From Rebecca billardiae RCC1528 (Eukaryota; Protista; Haptophyta): a stretch of DNA of 64,000 nt. A program made the translations under genes and the position numbers. Of this stretch, positions 24,001 to 35,171 are shown piece by piece. The notes below the pieces were generated by a model. It made no database searches and was not told where the DNA came from. It worked only from the letters and a program-made list of their open reading frames with translations. Location: contig OZ251245.1 of NCBI GenBank assembly GCA_965240325.2, positions 806,001 to 870,000 of the forward strand, in the 5' to 3' direction. Numbering within the stretch: position 1 is the first letter of the stretch; every line of letters begins with the position of its first letter.

Positions 24001-24500
24001 TCGGCCCAGACGCGCTCGGCCTCGCGCCGTACCACCGCGCGGTACTCCTTCACGCGCGTCAGGATGTTCTGGAGCTCCTGCCGCACGAAGCGCGGCGGGC
24101 CGTCCCGGATCGGCTCGCGCAGCCGCCAGCACGAGTCCACGTCTGCGCTGTGCAGGATGGAGGTGCCGCGGCTGTGGTCGGCGAGCCAATCGTTGGGCCT
24201 CTTCTGCTCACGGAGCACGCCCACGCGCCGCACGCCGGCTCTGTCGCGGTAGCACGCGATGTGCCCGCACACCGCCTCGGCGTCGGCAGTGCGTAGGTCG
24301 ACAAAGCCAGAGCGCTCGATTCCAATCTGCAGCGGGACGGGCGGGAAGGGTGGGTGCGCCTCGTGCAGCTCGGCCGGCGGCACGTCGACGGCGCTCATCG
24401 AGCACAGGCCGCGCGCGCCGGCGGGCCACGCGCGCGGCGGGAAGAGCGGCTGCGCGGCGGCGAGCGGCGCGACGCGGCGCAGCCGCCATGCGCCTGCCAT
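21027..24500 (-). CDS. RNase II/RNB-family 3'-5' exoribonuclease, probably mitochondrial (Dss1-like); intron 22995-23159
   Basis: EEIDDGLSVE, WVHVHVASP, ATTVCLPEGSVPMLP, EGMILAGE, HVTSPLRRYLDLVAHHQL; presequence-like MAGAWRLRRVAPL. Confidence 0.85.
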   Translation of the reverse strand: MAGAWRLRRVAPLAAAQPLFPPRAWPAGARGLCSMSAVDVPPAELHEAHPPFPPVPLQIGIERSGFVDLRTADAEAVCGHIACYRDRAGVRRVGVLREQKRPNDWLADHSRGTSILHSADVDSCWRLREPIRDGPPRFVRQELQNILTRVKEYRAVVRREAERVWAELDEPDASSAAGRGCVDLAKLLLGVDSPTNLQALAVHLELVEPACAPFFKPTTRALAFRRRPATAVPEVRAALEQHAELRLTAAERVRINDRLRVAIYARDATLWSELAQPRSARQAEAQPPSPSPPRGVRDEWLGATIALTAEAPPFKRSIFAIPKWHRERLMGGPVRAELTGAASAPAAMGHQGVDRPLPAAAEKGAELAPVRAELMGAASAPAAAEEGGEQRTSDAPPGAHWAELGAEPGDAPILAALRSYALSNELEGNYVAHEPLIRQVLWPLVRKVRDSLKRAHGLRGARTAAMLARVRRAAPRRRAARAHCPAAAAPPPPAPPPRPCAQDRPSAAVEVLIRLGEMHDLVNVARERALDSRLLLPLSDWAGSAASAPPTMPTPPSANADAADADGTAADVDATAAPGAARAARSTAVHSLQVMTLVSPVAEEIDDGLSVELADARAELGAPDPAAPDAEPSAWVHVHVASPTARIPPFSALDELAAERATTVCLPEGSVPMLPPEIARGEGGTGLEPVAAPEPDAPARARSALTFSARVGLQSGRLLEFALRELSLPRVLALTCGAADRLLHASDGLEGAAAPAAAARAAPEGSEDAAGRTIEQLRLLEQVTLARRRMRVAEGGALQFLLPRPRVKAELGLRRVSMAGPSVLHLDGGRSSAIEAEGMILAGEIAAEIGTQAGLPLPYRAHQALRPAESEGVGSMPAPAALAALRDERLVARRGRRPRGLAGAAGGGEVPQAGPPFPHAFAGLTPAEARADSLAGTAHPVDDSLLRDQLLATAATWPLLRGVSTSAQPGAGHALLALRGFVHVTSPLRRYLDLVAHHQLRALLSASGGLVRGAPLDDDAHAEACARMCAAEGARPECAPPYESAALETRIAHVAARTRQAARLESESSRYWARQFLAQRAREGYTVHRALALHSQPQRLQRGRTSTYVLLPDLGLHAWMRDAELPSGMQLRVVVKWVQPHRGGVSLADFALQPSSP

Positions 24501-24812
24501 GATGCCGCCGCGCGACGATGCACGCTGCGTCAAGATTCGGCCGAAAAATGCGGTTGCATGTTCCAAAGGACGGTATTTCCGATGGTCCTTTGGTTGTTCC
24601 TCCAAGGGGCTTACAAAATACCAGCACATCATTTTGTAAGCCCCTTGGTTCCTCGTCATCAACCTCCACCACCAAGGGTGGTGTCCTCCTCCACTGCTCA
24701 CCACCACCGTGTCGCTCCGATGGACTCGACAGCAGTGCATGCTGCTTTCCGAAGCCGGCGCGGTCGGCAGCGGCTGGCAGCGCGCGACGTCCTCGGGCTT
24801 TGCGGGGCCACG

Positions 24813-26923
24813 ATGGTGGCGAATCTCGCGGCTCGGCTCGCGGCGCCGCTTGCGGTGGTCGGCGTGCTGCTCTGGTCGCTGGCGATCGTGTTCAGCCGGA
24901 GCTCGTCGACCATCTCGCTCACATCCGCCACGGGCCCGAGCTTCTCCACCGAGCCGGGCGCGACCGTGCCGTTCAACGTCGCGAGCTCCGCATCCTCATG
25001 GGCGGACGTGAGCCTGCACGACCTGCGCACGATGGTGTCGGGCGGCGCGATGAGCTTCGAGGCGTACAAGGCGGAGATTGTCCGCCGCATGGCCCACACC
25101 ATCTCGCTCGAAGGGCTCGGCTCGCTCAACCGCCAGCTCGGCGCGGTCATGGACGAGCTGCAAGCGAAGCGCGCGCTCGGCATCTTCCGCACGCCCAACG
25201 CGTCTGCCGCGGCGGCGAAGGGGACGGCGGGCGGCGCGGGCGTGATCGCCGCGACGCCCGACGCCGAGCTCGCCTCCGAGCGCCCGCCGGTCGTCGTGAG
25301 CGACGGCCTCGCCACCGTGCCCGCGCCCGGCGAGGCGCTGCGCTCGGCGCCGCCCATCTCGGATGCGTTGCTCAGCGCGATCAAGCGCGCGCGAGAAGCG
25401 CCCGGGACGGCGCCGGTGAACGTGACGCGGCTGCTCCCGACGCTGATCTTCATCGGCAACCCCAAGTGCGGCTCCACTTTCCTCTGGGACTGCGTGCGCT
25501 CGGGCATCTTCGACCCGACCAACGTCTGCGGCCCCGACTCGTCAAAGTGGCGCAGCTGCAACAGAGGCTTCCTCATCACCGCGTTTGGCCCTCGCAAGGA
25601 GTTCAACTTCTACGACAAGGTGGGGCGCGCGCGGGGGGGGTGCGGGTGCTACCGCCACCACCGTTGCCGCCGCCGCCGCCGCGCGCGCGCGCACCGCGCG
25701 CTCGCGCCTCACGCCGCACGCCCCTCCTGGCCCGCGCGGCGCGCGTTGCGCGCCTGTGCCCTGCGTCCTCACCTGCGGCGCTGGCGCTGCGTGCAGCACT
25801 TCTATAATAATCACGGCTGGGAGTGGTATGTGGGGCCCGAGGTGGACATCAACCTGTGGGAGCGGACGGGCAAGCCGTGGCAGCTCAAGGCGCCGCGGCG
25901 GATGGACGCGGCCAACCGGCAGGGCGCGTTCACCGAGACGTGCCGCCGGCCCGCCGTGATTGACAAGCTGAAGAAGGGAGTCTGTAAGAAGCCCTCAGAG
26001 CATTGGCGGTGTGAGTACTTCGAGGCGTGCGCGCCGATCGGCCGCGCGCCGTTCATCCACGTGAGCAAGATGCTGCTCGACCACGCGTTCCCGAGGCGCG
26101 CCGACCTCTCGCCATTCGCGATGGCCGCGGACCCGTCGATCAATTATTTCATCAAGGTACAGCCGCGCGCCCACGTCCGCGTGTGCGCGTCGCGCAAGAC
26201 GCGGCTGCCGGCGGCGCGCATGCGCGCGCGCGCGCTCACCACGCGCGCCAACCCTCGCGCGCGGGTGGCGCGCAGGCGGGGCCACAGGCCATGCGCTGGA
26301 TGTACGAGGCGGCGATCGACCCGCCCGCGCTGCGCTTCATCCTGCTGATGCGCGACCCCCTCGAGCGCACGTACTCCAACTGGCTCATGTTTCGGCAGTG
26401 GAACTGGGAGGATCAGCCCAACTTCACGCAGGCGGCTGCGGACGAGCTGTTCCACCTGAAGAAGTGCGACCCGGAGACGTTCGAGCGGCCGAAGGCGCGG
26501 CTGCCCGCGATGAGCACCGCCGAGCTCGACCGGTACCACGCCCAGTGCATCATCGGCCCGCCCAAGCACCTGCTCAACCACGTGCGAGGCTCCATGTATG
26601 TGATCGGCGCGCTGCAGTGGTTCAAATGGTTCTCGCCCTCGCAGTTCCTCGTGCTCGACAACGACGAGGTGCGCACGCTCAAGGCGGAGGACCTGCTCTC
26701 GCGCATCGCGAGGCACGCCGGGCTGCACCTCGAGCTCTCCGCCGTGCCCAACTTCCGCTCCGAGTGCGAGGGGCTGCAGCACTCGGGCGACCCGCGCAAG
26801 CACTACCACAAACACAAGTACGCGCCAGAGGCGCGCACGCTGCTGCGCAACCACTTCCGCCCGTACAACGAGATGCTGTACGAGCGGTTGCCGCAGCTCA
26901 CAAAGCGCTGGCCCGACCAATAG
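24813..26923 (+). CDS. Type II membrane sulfotransferase (heparan-sulfate sulfotransferase-like fold); introns 25620-25796, 26157-26275
   Basis: N-terminal TM; 5'-PSB LPTLIFIGNPKCGSTFLW; KEFNFYD; 3'-PB LLMRDPLERTYS; C-terminal LRNHFRPYNEMLY. Confidence 0.85.
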
Positions 26924-27104
26924 GCGGCGAGGGGGGCTCGTTGCAACCGACGCGTGCCGCGCCGCGGCCGCTGCAATCGCCGAGTGCGGCGACGGCGCGC
27001 CATTATTGATTCATGATTGGCGGCAGACGATCGCGGCGTGACGACGAAATATAACCGCGCCAATCGGACACATCGGGCCCGCGCTCGTCTATACATTATT
27101 CTCG

Positions 27105-27258
<154 letters not shown>

Positions 27259-27428
27259 TGCTGAGTGTAGTGACTTGATGCATGATGGTGCTCGAGGACA
27301 ATAATTCGGTAGGCAGAGGGCACCGCGACAGCCGCGAGTCGACTGCCGGCACTTACCGCCCGTGCCGGCGCGGACAGTCCGACCGCGGACTGCCCTGCGA
27401 CGCGGGCGGTGGCGTCGTCACGCAACTG

Positions 27429-29346
27429 CTACTGCTCCCAGCGTGCGGCGCACAGTGATGGGAACTGCACGATCTGCACAGGCGAAGCTTCATCAGACGA
27501 AGGCGTGGCCTCGTGGGCCACTGACGCCCCGCCGATCATTGCCGAGTACGGGTCGTCACCGTGTCCGAGCGCGGCAGAGTGCCAGCCGCATGAGTACACA
27601 GCGCCGCCCGCCGTCACGTACAGCGCGTGGGTATAGCCAAAGTCGCAGTGCACCACGCGCTCGTGAGAGAGGGCATGCACGCACTCCGGCACCAGCACTT
27701 TGCCCGCCAAGCGATTGGGCCCTAGGCCCAGCTGGCCGAAGTTGTTGGTCCCAAACACGTGCACGCCGCCGTCCGCGCCCAAGACCGCGCTGCAGCGGTG
27801 GCCAGCGCTGCTGCGCACGGCACGCACGCCTGCCAGCGCCTCAATCCGCCTGGGCCATGCCCATGATTGGTTGGCCACGCAGCTGCGCCCAAGAAGGCCA
27901 TCGTCCCCGTCGTACCGTCCCCCAAATGAGTGCACACCGCCCGCAGTGTCCACCACCAGGCTGTGGCCATTGCCCGCACTCACGTGCGCAGCATGCACTG
28001 CTGCAAGTGCCTCGATGCGCCGTGGCGTGTGCTGACTCTGCTCGTCGCCGTGGCCGAGCTCACCCGAACGGCCGTTCCCGCACGCGTACACGGCGCCCTG
28101 TGTCGAGAGCATCAACGTGTGCGACATGCCCGCGGCGACGCCACCCACGCGCACGCCACTGAGCGCCTCGATGCGCGTAGGCGCCAGCCGCTTCTCAGTG
28201 TCGCCATGGCCGAGCTGGCCCAGGCCGTTGGCGCCCCAGCTGTATGCACGGCCAGCAGCGCTGAGCGCGAGGCTATGCCAACTGCCGGCGGAGATGCCGA
28301 CGACGACCTGTCCCAGCAGCGTGCCCACAAGCGTAAACTCTCCACGCGCACGGCGGTCGCCGAGCCCAAGCTGTCCAGAACGGTTCTTGCCGCAGCCGTA
28401 CACGGCGCCGGCGTCGCTCAGCGTGAGCAGGTGGTGGCCGCCAGCAGCCACTGCGACCACGCGCACTGCGGACAGCGAAGCCACGCGCGTCGGCACGTCC
28501 ACGGGCGGCACCTGAAGCCCGTGCGAAAGAGCGAGCGGCGCAAAGTGCCCGGTGACCACGCCCACCATCTCCTCGTCCTCGTCCTCGCTCTCCAGCAAGT
28601 CCTCTTCCTCCACGGTCTCCTCACCGCACGTGCAGCCCGCCCTCCGCGTCCACAAACGCGCTGATTTGGTTGTCGCCACACGCGGCGACGCACGCGTGCA
28701 GCGCGCTCATCTCGAACACGCGCTCGCGTTCAATCAATCCAGCCGTCCACGTGGGCGGCAACGTTGGCAGCAGCCGCTCGTGCCCCCGCGCGCGCACACG
28801 CTCGCACAGCGCTTGTTCGACCGGCGAGCGGCCGCCTGGCGCGCCACGGAAGAGGCGTGACGCAGCGTTGGCCGCGGCAAGATCACGAGCGCTGCTGAGG
28901 TGGACGAGCACGCGCACGATCAGATCAACGGGTAGCGCAGCCAAAGCAGGCCCCGCCGCCTCCGGCGCGGCTGCGCTGACGCGGTGCGCCCCATCTCGCC
29001 CCGTGCCGCCCAAGGGCACCGCGAGCGTGACATGGCCCCTGCCCGCTGCGACAGCCACGTGCCGCGGCGCTCCGAGCCGGCACACGCCGGCGTACATCGT
29101 TGTCGCAGACGACACCTGAGTGATGCGCCCGCAGCCGGCGCGGCCGCAGCGCACGGCGCAGCCCTCGGACGCGAGCGCGCGTTCGAAGAGGCACACGTTG
29201 TGCGCGACGTGCTCCGCGCCGCACGCGAGCTGCGCCCACGGCTGCGAGCCGATGCGCTCAGAGCACAGGACACAGATGGAGCCGTCGGACGTCGGGCTCA
29301 GAGCCCAGGGCGTCTCATCTTCGTGCGCAATCGACGTGCGCTCCAT
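27429..29346 (-). pseudogene. RING-like + F-box-like + RCC1-repeat gene with a frameshift near 28632 (pseudogene or sequence error)
   Basis: CVLC..CGAEHVAHNVC; LAALPVDLIVRVLVHL F-box; multiple RCC1 repeats (VAAGGHHLLTLSDAGAVYGCG..GQLGLG). GGLH/TCGE junction is out of frame with no intron signals. Confidence 0.7.
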
Positions 29347-29575
29347 GCCGTCGTCGCCGACAACACGACAACACGATAGGTAGCTTACTCGCGCATCCGT
29401 GTTGGGGGCCTTTGCCGCGGGCGACGACAATTTGAAATTGGTCGTGCGCGGTCGTCCGACTTTCAGACTTTAGACAGTCACTCAGGCAGGCGAGATTGAC
29501 GCCCGCCAACTGTCCAACTGTCAACTGACTACGGCGTACTGTACGGTCCTGACGGTCCAGTACACGCATCACATC

Positions 29576-31102
29576 TCATTCGCTGGGAGCAACTGCTGCT
29601 CCTCCTCCTCGGGCAGAGCCGCGCTTTGGGCTTGGCCGGCGGGGCGGCGAGTCCGGCGTCTGCATCGACGCGGGCCAGCCTAGCCGCGCTTCTGGCACCT
29701 GCAGCGTCGTCACATCTCGCACCGCGTCCCGATCGGTGCCGGCGGCGGGGGTATCGGCGCGATTGCCGGCGTCGGCGCCGTCGGGGTCGACGCGTGTTGG
29801 CATGTGCTCCTGCGCGGCGATGGCCTCCCACAGGCGCTCGCTGCCGCTGCGATGGCGCGAGAACACGCCGGGCATCTTCGCCGGGTTCGACGCGGGCGTC
29901 ATCGGGATCGGCTCCTCGCCCGCCGTGATCTCGGCGGCGAGGCCCGCGCTGAGCGTGGGCGAGGCGAGCTGCGTGTGCACGGACGCGGCGAGGTCGCGGA
30001 AGAGCTTCGACTGCGGGAAGTCGGCGGCGTCGTAGCCGAACGGGTTGGAGAGCACGAGGTGCAGGTTGAGGCAGCCCTGGTACACCACGCCGAACAGTAT
30101 CAGCATCAGCCCCGTGTTCAGCGCGTCCCAGTAGTCCGTCAGGCTCGCCACGTACAGCTCGGCGCCGCCTCCCAGCGTGACGACAATCAGCGTGAGCTTC
30201 ACGACGATTGCGATCAGGTTCGCGTACGGCAGTGGCAGCTGCGCGCCGACGTACATGTGCGAGTCGGCGACCATCTTGCGCGCGGTGTTGACGGCGTCGA
30301 ACAGAATGATCCGATCATAGAACGAGCCGAGCCCGGCGCTCGCCGCGTTGAGGACGAGCGTGGCCATCCAGCCGACCACCGTCTCCGCCTTCTTGTCGGT
30401 CGCCTTGAGCAGGCCGACCTCCGCCACGGTGACGAGCTTCGCCTCGAGCAGCTCGGGGAGGCGCACGTCGGAGCGGGCCTCCATGCACATGAGCGAGAAG
30501 GTGAGCAGGATGTACCGCATCACGCGCATCCGCAGCGCCTTGAGCCGCGCCTCGTGCCCGGGGAACGCCTGGCCCACCACCGTCGCAAGGTCGGTGACGG
30601 ATCGCAGGAACTGGGCGAGCGTGAGGTACCGCACCTCCTTCCACGTCCGGATGACGAGGCTGACGAACATGCCGAGGAAGAAGGCGGAGAGCCCCTGCAT
30701 CGCGAGTGCGATGAAGCGCAGCCGCTCCACGTACAGCCGCGCCGCCTCCTCGGGCACCTGCGCGAGGGCAAAGCACGCGGCGATCGCGGTGGCGACGACG
30801 AGGATGAGCAGCAGCTGCAGCCAGATGAACGGGTCATCGAACGCCGTGCCGCGGCGGAAGAAGAGGAAGCCGAAGCGGTACAGCCGGCCGATGTCGTACT
30901 TCGCCACGTGCCCAGACTCCGAGAACGTGACCAACGCCTGCTCCTCGCCGCCAAAGCAGCCGCGCGTCTCGTCGCAGCACGTGCGGTGCGAGCTGCCCTG
31001 CCGCTGCGCGGCGACGTCGACGCCACGCATCGCGCTTGCATTCGATCGCGACGGCGAGTTGGAGGAGCTCACGGCGGAGCCTACTGACGTGCGCGGCGCC
31101 AT
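29576..31102 (-). CDS. Bestrophin-family anion channel, copy A
   Basis: AFFLGMFVSLVIRTW, LPLPYANLIAIVV, LSNPFGYDAADFP; four hydrophobic helices; intronless. Confidence 0.88.
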   Translation of the reverse strand: MAPRTSVGSAVSSSNSPSRSNASAMRGVDVAAQRQGSSHRTCCDETRGCFGGEEQALVTFSESGHVAKYDIGRLYRFGFLFFRRGTAFDDPFIWLQLLLILVVATAIAACFALAQVPEEAARLYVERLRFIALAMQGLSAFFLGMFVSLVIRTWKEVRYLTLAQFLRSVTDLATVVGQAFPGHEARLKALRMRVMRYILLTFSLMCMEARSDVRLPELLEAKLVTVAEVGLLKATDKKAETVVGWMATLVLNAASAGLGSFYDRIILFDAVNTARKMVADSHMYVGAQLPLPYANLIAIVVKLTLIVVTLGGGAELYVASLTDYWDALNTGLMLILFGVVYQGCLNLHLVLSNPFGYDAADFPQSKLFRDLAASVHTQLASPTLSAGLAAEITAGEEPIPMTPASNPAKMPGVFSRHRSGSERLWEAIAAQEHMPTRVDPDGADAGNRADTPAAGTDRDAVRDVTTLQVPEARLGWPASMQTPDSPPRRPSPKRGSARGGGAAVAPSE

Positions 31103-31377
31103 ATGGTGTTGAGCTGTCAGCACGCGCGCGCTGGGCAAAAATGACGATGGCGTGTGATGTTTCTGCGAGGTTGAGTGCAGGATCCTCAGTGCTCACGACG
31201 AAATCTCGGACAGCGAGATTGGTATTGGTTGGTATTCATCATTCATCAGTGATGATGTTATTAAGGCATCATAGTCATATTCGTTCATCGCTTTTGTCAC
31301 TGTCAGCACACTCCTTACCAACAGGCTCCATCCCGTGCGACGAGGTGACTCCCTTGGACGAGGGCGTGCAGGCCCAG
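31103..31377. promoter_or_regulatory. Shared divergent promoter region of the two bestrophins
   Basis: 275-bp lower-GC spacer between two divergent ATGs. Confidence 0.55.
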
Positions 31378-32937
31378 ATGGCGCCAGAAATCACGGTGGG
31401 CTCCGCCGCAAACTCGCCGTCGCGAGTCAATGCGCTCGCAATGCGCGGCGTCGACGTCGCCGCGCAGCGGCAGGGCAACTCGCACCGCACGTGCTGCGAC
31501 GAGACGCGCGGCTGCTTTGGCGGCGAGGAGCAGGCGTTGGTCACGTTCTCGGAGTCTGGGCACGTGGCGAAGTACGACATCGGCCGGCTGTACCGCTTCG
31601 GCTTCCTCTTCTTCCGCCGCGGCACGGCGTTCGATGACCCGTTCATCTGGCTGCAGCTGCTGCTCATCCTCGCCGTCGCCACCGCGATCGCCGCGTGCTT
31701 TGCCCTCGCGCAGGTGCCCGAGGAGGCGGCGCGGCAGTACGCAGAGCGGCTGCGCGCCATCGCCTTGTCGATGCAGGGGCTCTCCGCTTTCTTCCTCGGC
31801 CTCTTCGTCAGCCTCGTGATCGGCACGTGGAAGGAGGTGCGGTACGGCACGCTCGGCCGCTTCTTTGCGGCCGCCATCAGCATCGCCGTGGTCATCGGCC
31901 AGGCGTTCCCCGGGCACGAGGCGCGGGTCAAGGCGCTGCGCATGCGCGTGATGCGGTACCTCCTGCTCACCTTCTCGCTCATGTGCATGGAGGCCCGCTC
32001 CGACGTGCGCCTCCCCGAGCTGCTCGAGGCGAAGCTCGTCACCGTGAGTGAGGTCGCCCTGCTGCAGAGCGCGCCGGTGAAGGCAGAGGCTGTGATGAGC
32101 TGGCTCGCCGCCCTCGTCCTCGCCGCCCAGAACGCCGGCATCGGCTCGTTCGTCGATCGCAAGATCCTGCTCGAGGAGGTGTGCCTCGTGCGAGGGATGG
32201 TCGCCGAGGCGCACATGTACGTCAGCTCGCAGCTGCCACTGCCGTACACCAACCTGATCGCGATGGTCGTGAAGCTCACGCTGATCGTCGAGACGATCCG
32301 AGGCGGCGCCGAGCTGTACGTGGCGAGCCTGACGGACTACTGGGACGCGCTGAACACGGGGCTGATGCTGATACTGTTCGGCGTGGTGTACCAGGGCTGC
32401 CTCAACCTGCACCTCGTGCTCTCCAACCCGTTCGGCTACGACGCCGCCGACTTCCCGCAGTCGAAGCTCTTCCGCGACCTCGCCGCGTCCGTGCACACGC
32501 AGCTCGCCTCGCCCACGCTCAGCGCGGGCCTCGCCGCCGAGATCACGGCGGGCGAGGAGCCGATCCCGATGACGCCCGCGTCGAACCCGGCGAAGATGCC
32601 CGGCGTGTTCTCGCGCCATCGCAGCGGCAGCGAGCGCCTGTGGGAGGCCATCGCCGCGCAGGAGCACATGGCAAGACGCGACACGGAGCCTGGCAGCGAC
32701 GGCGGCCCAGCTGCAGCGAGTGCAGGGAGCGCCGCCACGGCGGGCGCCAGTGCTGCCGCACCAGCCCCGATGACGCTGCAGGTGCCGGACGCGCAGCTGG
32801 GCTGGCCCGCGTCGCTGCAGACGCCGGACTCACCGCCCCGCCGGCCAAAGCGCAGGTCGCGTTGGAGCAGTGGCGCGCGCTCGCGACGCAGCAGTGGCGG
32901 CGGGTCTGGCGGTCGCGGCAGCGCGGCCCGTGAATAA
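31378..32937 (+). CDS. Bestrophin-family anion channel, copy B (inverted paralog of copy A)
   Basis: Same motifs as copy A; large blocks identical at nucleotide level. Confidence 0.88.
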   Translation: MAPEITVGSAANSPSRVNALAMRGVDVAAQRQGNSHRTCCDETRGCFGGEEQALVTFSESGHVAKYDIGRLYRFGFLFFRRGTAFDDPFIWLQLLLILAVATAIAACFALAQVPEEAARQYAERLRAIALSMQGLSAFFLGLFVSLVIGTWKEVRYGTLGRFFAAAISIAVVIGQAFPGHEARVKALRMRVMRYLLLTFSLMCMEARSDVRLPELLEAKLVTVSEVALLQSAPVKAEAVMSWLAALVLAAQNAGIGSFVDRKILLEEVCLVRGMVAEAHMYVSSQLPLPYTNLIAMVVKLTLIVETIRGGAELYVASLTDYWDALNTGLMLILFGVVYQGCLNLHLVLSNPFGYDAADFPQSKLFRDLAASVHTQLASPTLSAGLAAEITAGEEPIPMTPASNPAKMPGVFSRHRSGSERLWEAIAAQEHMARRDTEPGSDGGPAAASAGSAATAGASAAAPAPMTLQVPDAQLGWPASLQTPDSPPRRPKRRSRWSSGARSRRSSGGGSGGRGSAARE

Positions 32938-33010
32938 TTATATCACGAATCACGATCAGCCTCGCGCACCGATCTGGTAATCGCGACTGCTGCTGACTAC
33001 TGCTTCAACG

Positions 33011-33086
33011 ATATATATATATATATATATATATATTCGTTATATATATATAGACATTATATTATAATATATTATATTATTATTAG
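33011..33086. repeat. (TA)n/AT-rich tract
   Basis: Directly visible. Confidence 0.9.
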
Positions 33087-35022
33087 TAGCCTGGTCCAAA
33101 CGCACTGGAGCACTTTCGGGGATTTTATCGCCAAATGAATGCGGGCCCCTAGGCGCGCGCCCACACCCGGAAACAGCGTAGCAAATGGGCCCAGCCCGGG
33201 CGGAGCAAAAGTTTCGGCCTAAAAATCGCATCCGCGGCCCGTCGTGAGCGTGCGCGCGCGCGCCGCGGACAACTACGGACACATAGAGAATCGTCAGTCT
33301 GAATGTGGGTAAGTACTTAGCCGAAATGAGCCCAAACGCACGAACTTACTTATTGGCGTACGTCGAGGCGAACATGAACCTTGGTACAGGCCATTAGGAT
33401 GGGCTCTGGTCTGTGCGCAAGTGGCCGTACTCAACTACTGCAAGATTGACTATATTACCCATTTGTACCCGCATAATATGGGAAATTTACCCGCATAAAT
33501 ATGCGTTCTGAGTCTGTGTAATTAAATGCCAGTATGTCGTTACATATTCGCCATAGGTGGGTAGCTGTCCCAGGCTGCACGATTAGTGCGGCGCTCGGGG
33601 TGCAGTGGTCGGACGAGGCTCCGCCTGGCCTTCCGCGCACTCCTGCAGACAAGAAGGGGGCCGGACTCCCACCCGGCCAGGCGTGCGACAGTCGGTCAGG
33701 TGCTGGACCTGGTCTGGAGACCATCTCCTGCGTGGCGACTGGCCGATGTGCGGCACAACGCGCGCCGCCGTGAGCCACACGGCAGGTTCGCAACGGATCC
33801 GGATCGCGTGTCCATGGCGGCGTGCATCGAGTCATTCAAGCTGTCAAGTCGCGTGCCACGCCCGCCCTTTCACTTGGGGCATCCGTACTGCCTACAACGA
33901 CGACATGTGCGTCCTTAGACGAGGCATAATCGCGGTTCTAGCTGCTCGTCCAAGGGTCAGATCGCACGTCCTTGCTCGCCCGACAGCCTCAACGGCGGAC
34001 TGATGTGATCCGCGGGTGACGATGCGACCGCTTCGAGTGCGCCTACGGCCACCACCGGGGTGGGGATCGTTCATGGGCACCCTCCGCGTGCCATGACATG
34101 CTCTGGCCGTGCGTGGTGACTTGACCCACCGCACGTAAACGGGGAAGACACCCGAGCACGTGCTTCCGAGCCACCCGAATGGCACAATGTGCCACCCATG
34201 GACACCAAACACGTGCCAAAGCGCGAGCCTTGCGTGCTGGAGTAGCCGCACGACACCAAGGAAGACGTACGAGCGCTCTCAACCATCTTCAAGCGACGAC
34301 TCCGTCGACTCTGCCTCGCAGACCGCGGTACGATCCTCGACCTTGTGCTCGCAGCAAAGGCCACGACGGTAAAGCAGCACCCAGGGGATGGGAGTCAGCC
34401 GGCAGCCACTACAATGTAACTGTACATACCCAGCCCCGCAAGGCGAGCCGTCCTGATCGCCCCCAGCCCGTCATACAGCTCCACGAGAAGCACAAATCGA
34501 CTGCCGCCGCCTTGGGCGACCCATGCGCAAACGTGACGGGACTGGCCGGATGAAGCGTTGGCGATGCGCAGCGCGCCCAACGCTGGTGGTGGCATCGAGT
34601 ACATGCTAGGGGTAGGCGGTGCCCCATGCGAGCCGTCGCGTGCCGCGCATATTCCCGGAGGTGCCCCTTCTCGAAGGCGCAGCGCAACCCAGCAGCTGAG
34701 CGTTCGACGCGCGCCGTCGGGCGAGAAGTCGACCTGGCGACGGACCGCGGGCGGCGGAAGCAACGCAGACATGTCGCTTAAGGTGTGCACGCACACCGCC
34801 GGGGCACCCGAACGATGTGTCCAGCACTACACCTGACATGAGGCGGCGCAGTCGTCCAGTCGAGGCTCTCGAGCCCCTTCCGACCTCGTCGCGGCGAGCC
34901 GTCGGACGGCCGGTGGCGATTTTTGACGAGCGCGACGAGCGACGAGAAAAATCGGGAGAAATGAGGCGCCCAAAATCCGAAAAAGGCTTTTTCAGTGGCG
35001 AAAATCGGGATGGACCAGGCTA
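33087..35022. mobile_element. Non-autonomous or decayed TIR DNA transposon (~1.9 kb) with TAG..CTA (hAT-like) ends
   Basis: Perfect 12-bp TIR TAGCCTGGTCCA (33087-33098) / TGGACCAGGCTA (35011-35022); TTATTAG repeated on both flanks; lower GC; no intact ORF. Confidence 0.75.
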
Positions 35023-35171
35023 TTATTAGCGCGCGTCTGATATTCGCGATCGGCGATACGATTGTCAGTCGTCCGGCGGCTATATAGTATATATATATAT
35101 ATATACTACGTACGACGTAGTACGACGAGATCGTCGCGATATATGATACCCTCGTCATCGTCATTTCATCA

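Noticed and set aside
31036-31377. N-terminal extensions of ORF-track calls (bestrophin B 31036, RNB 24740, sulfotransferase 24354, kinesin 35767)
   Set aside because: They rely on non-ATG or overlapping starts running into the divergent neighbour; downstream ATGs fit paralog alignment or targeting peptides better.
29576-32937. Bestrhodopsin-type rhodopsin-bestrophin fusion
   Set aside because: No 7-TM rhodopsin domain or retinal-binding Lys motif in or next to either bestrophin.
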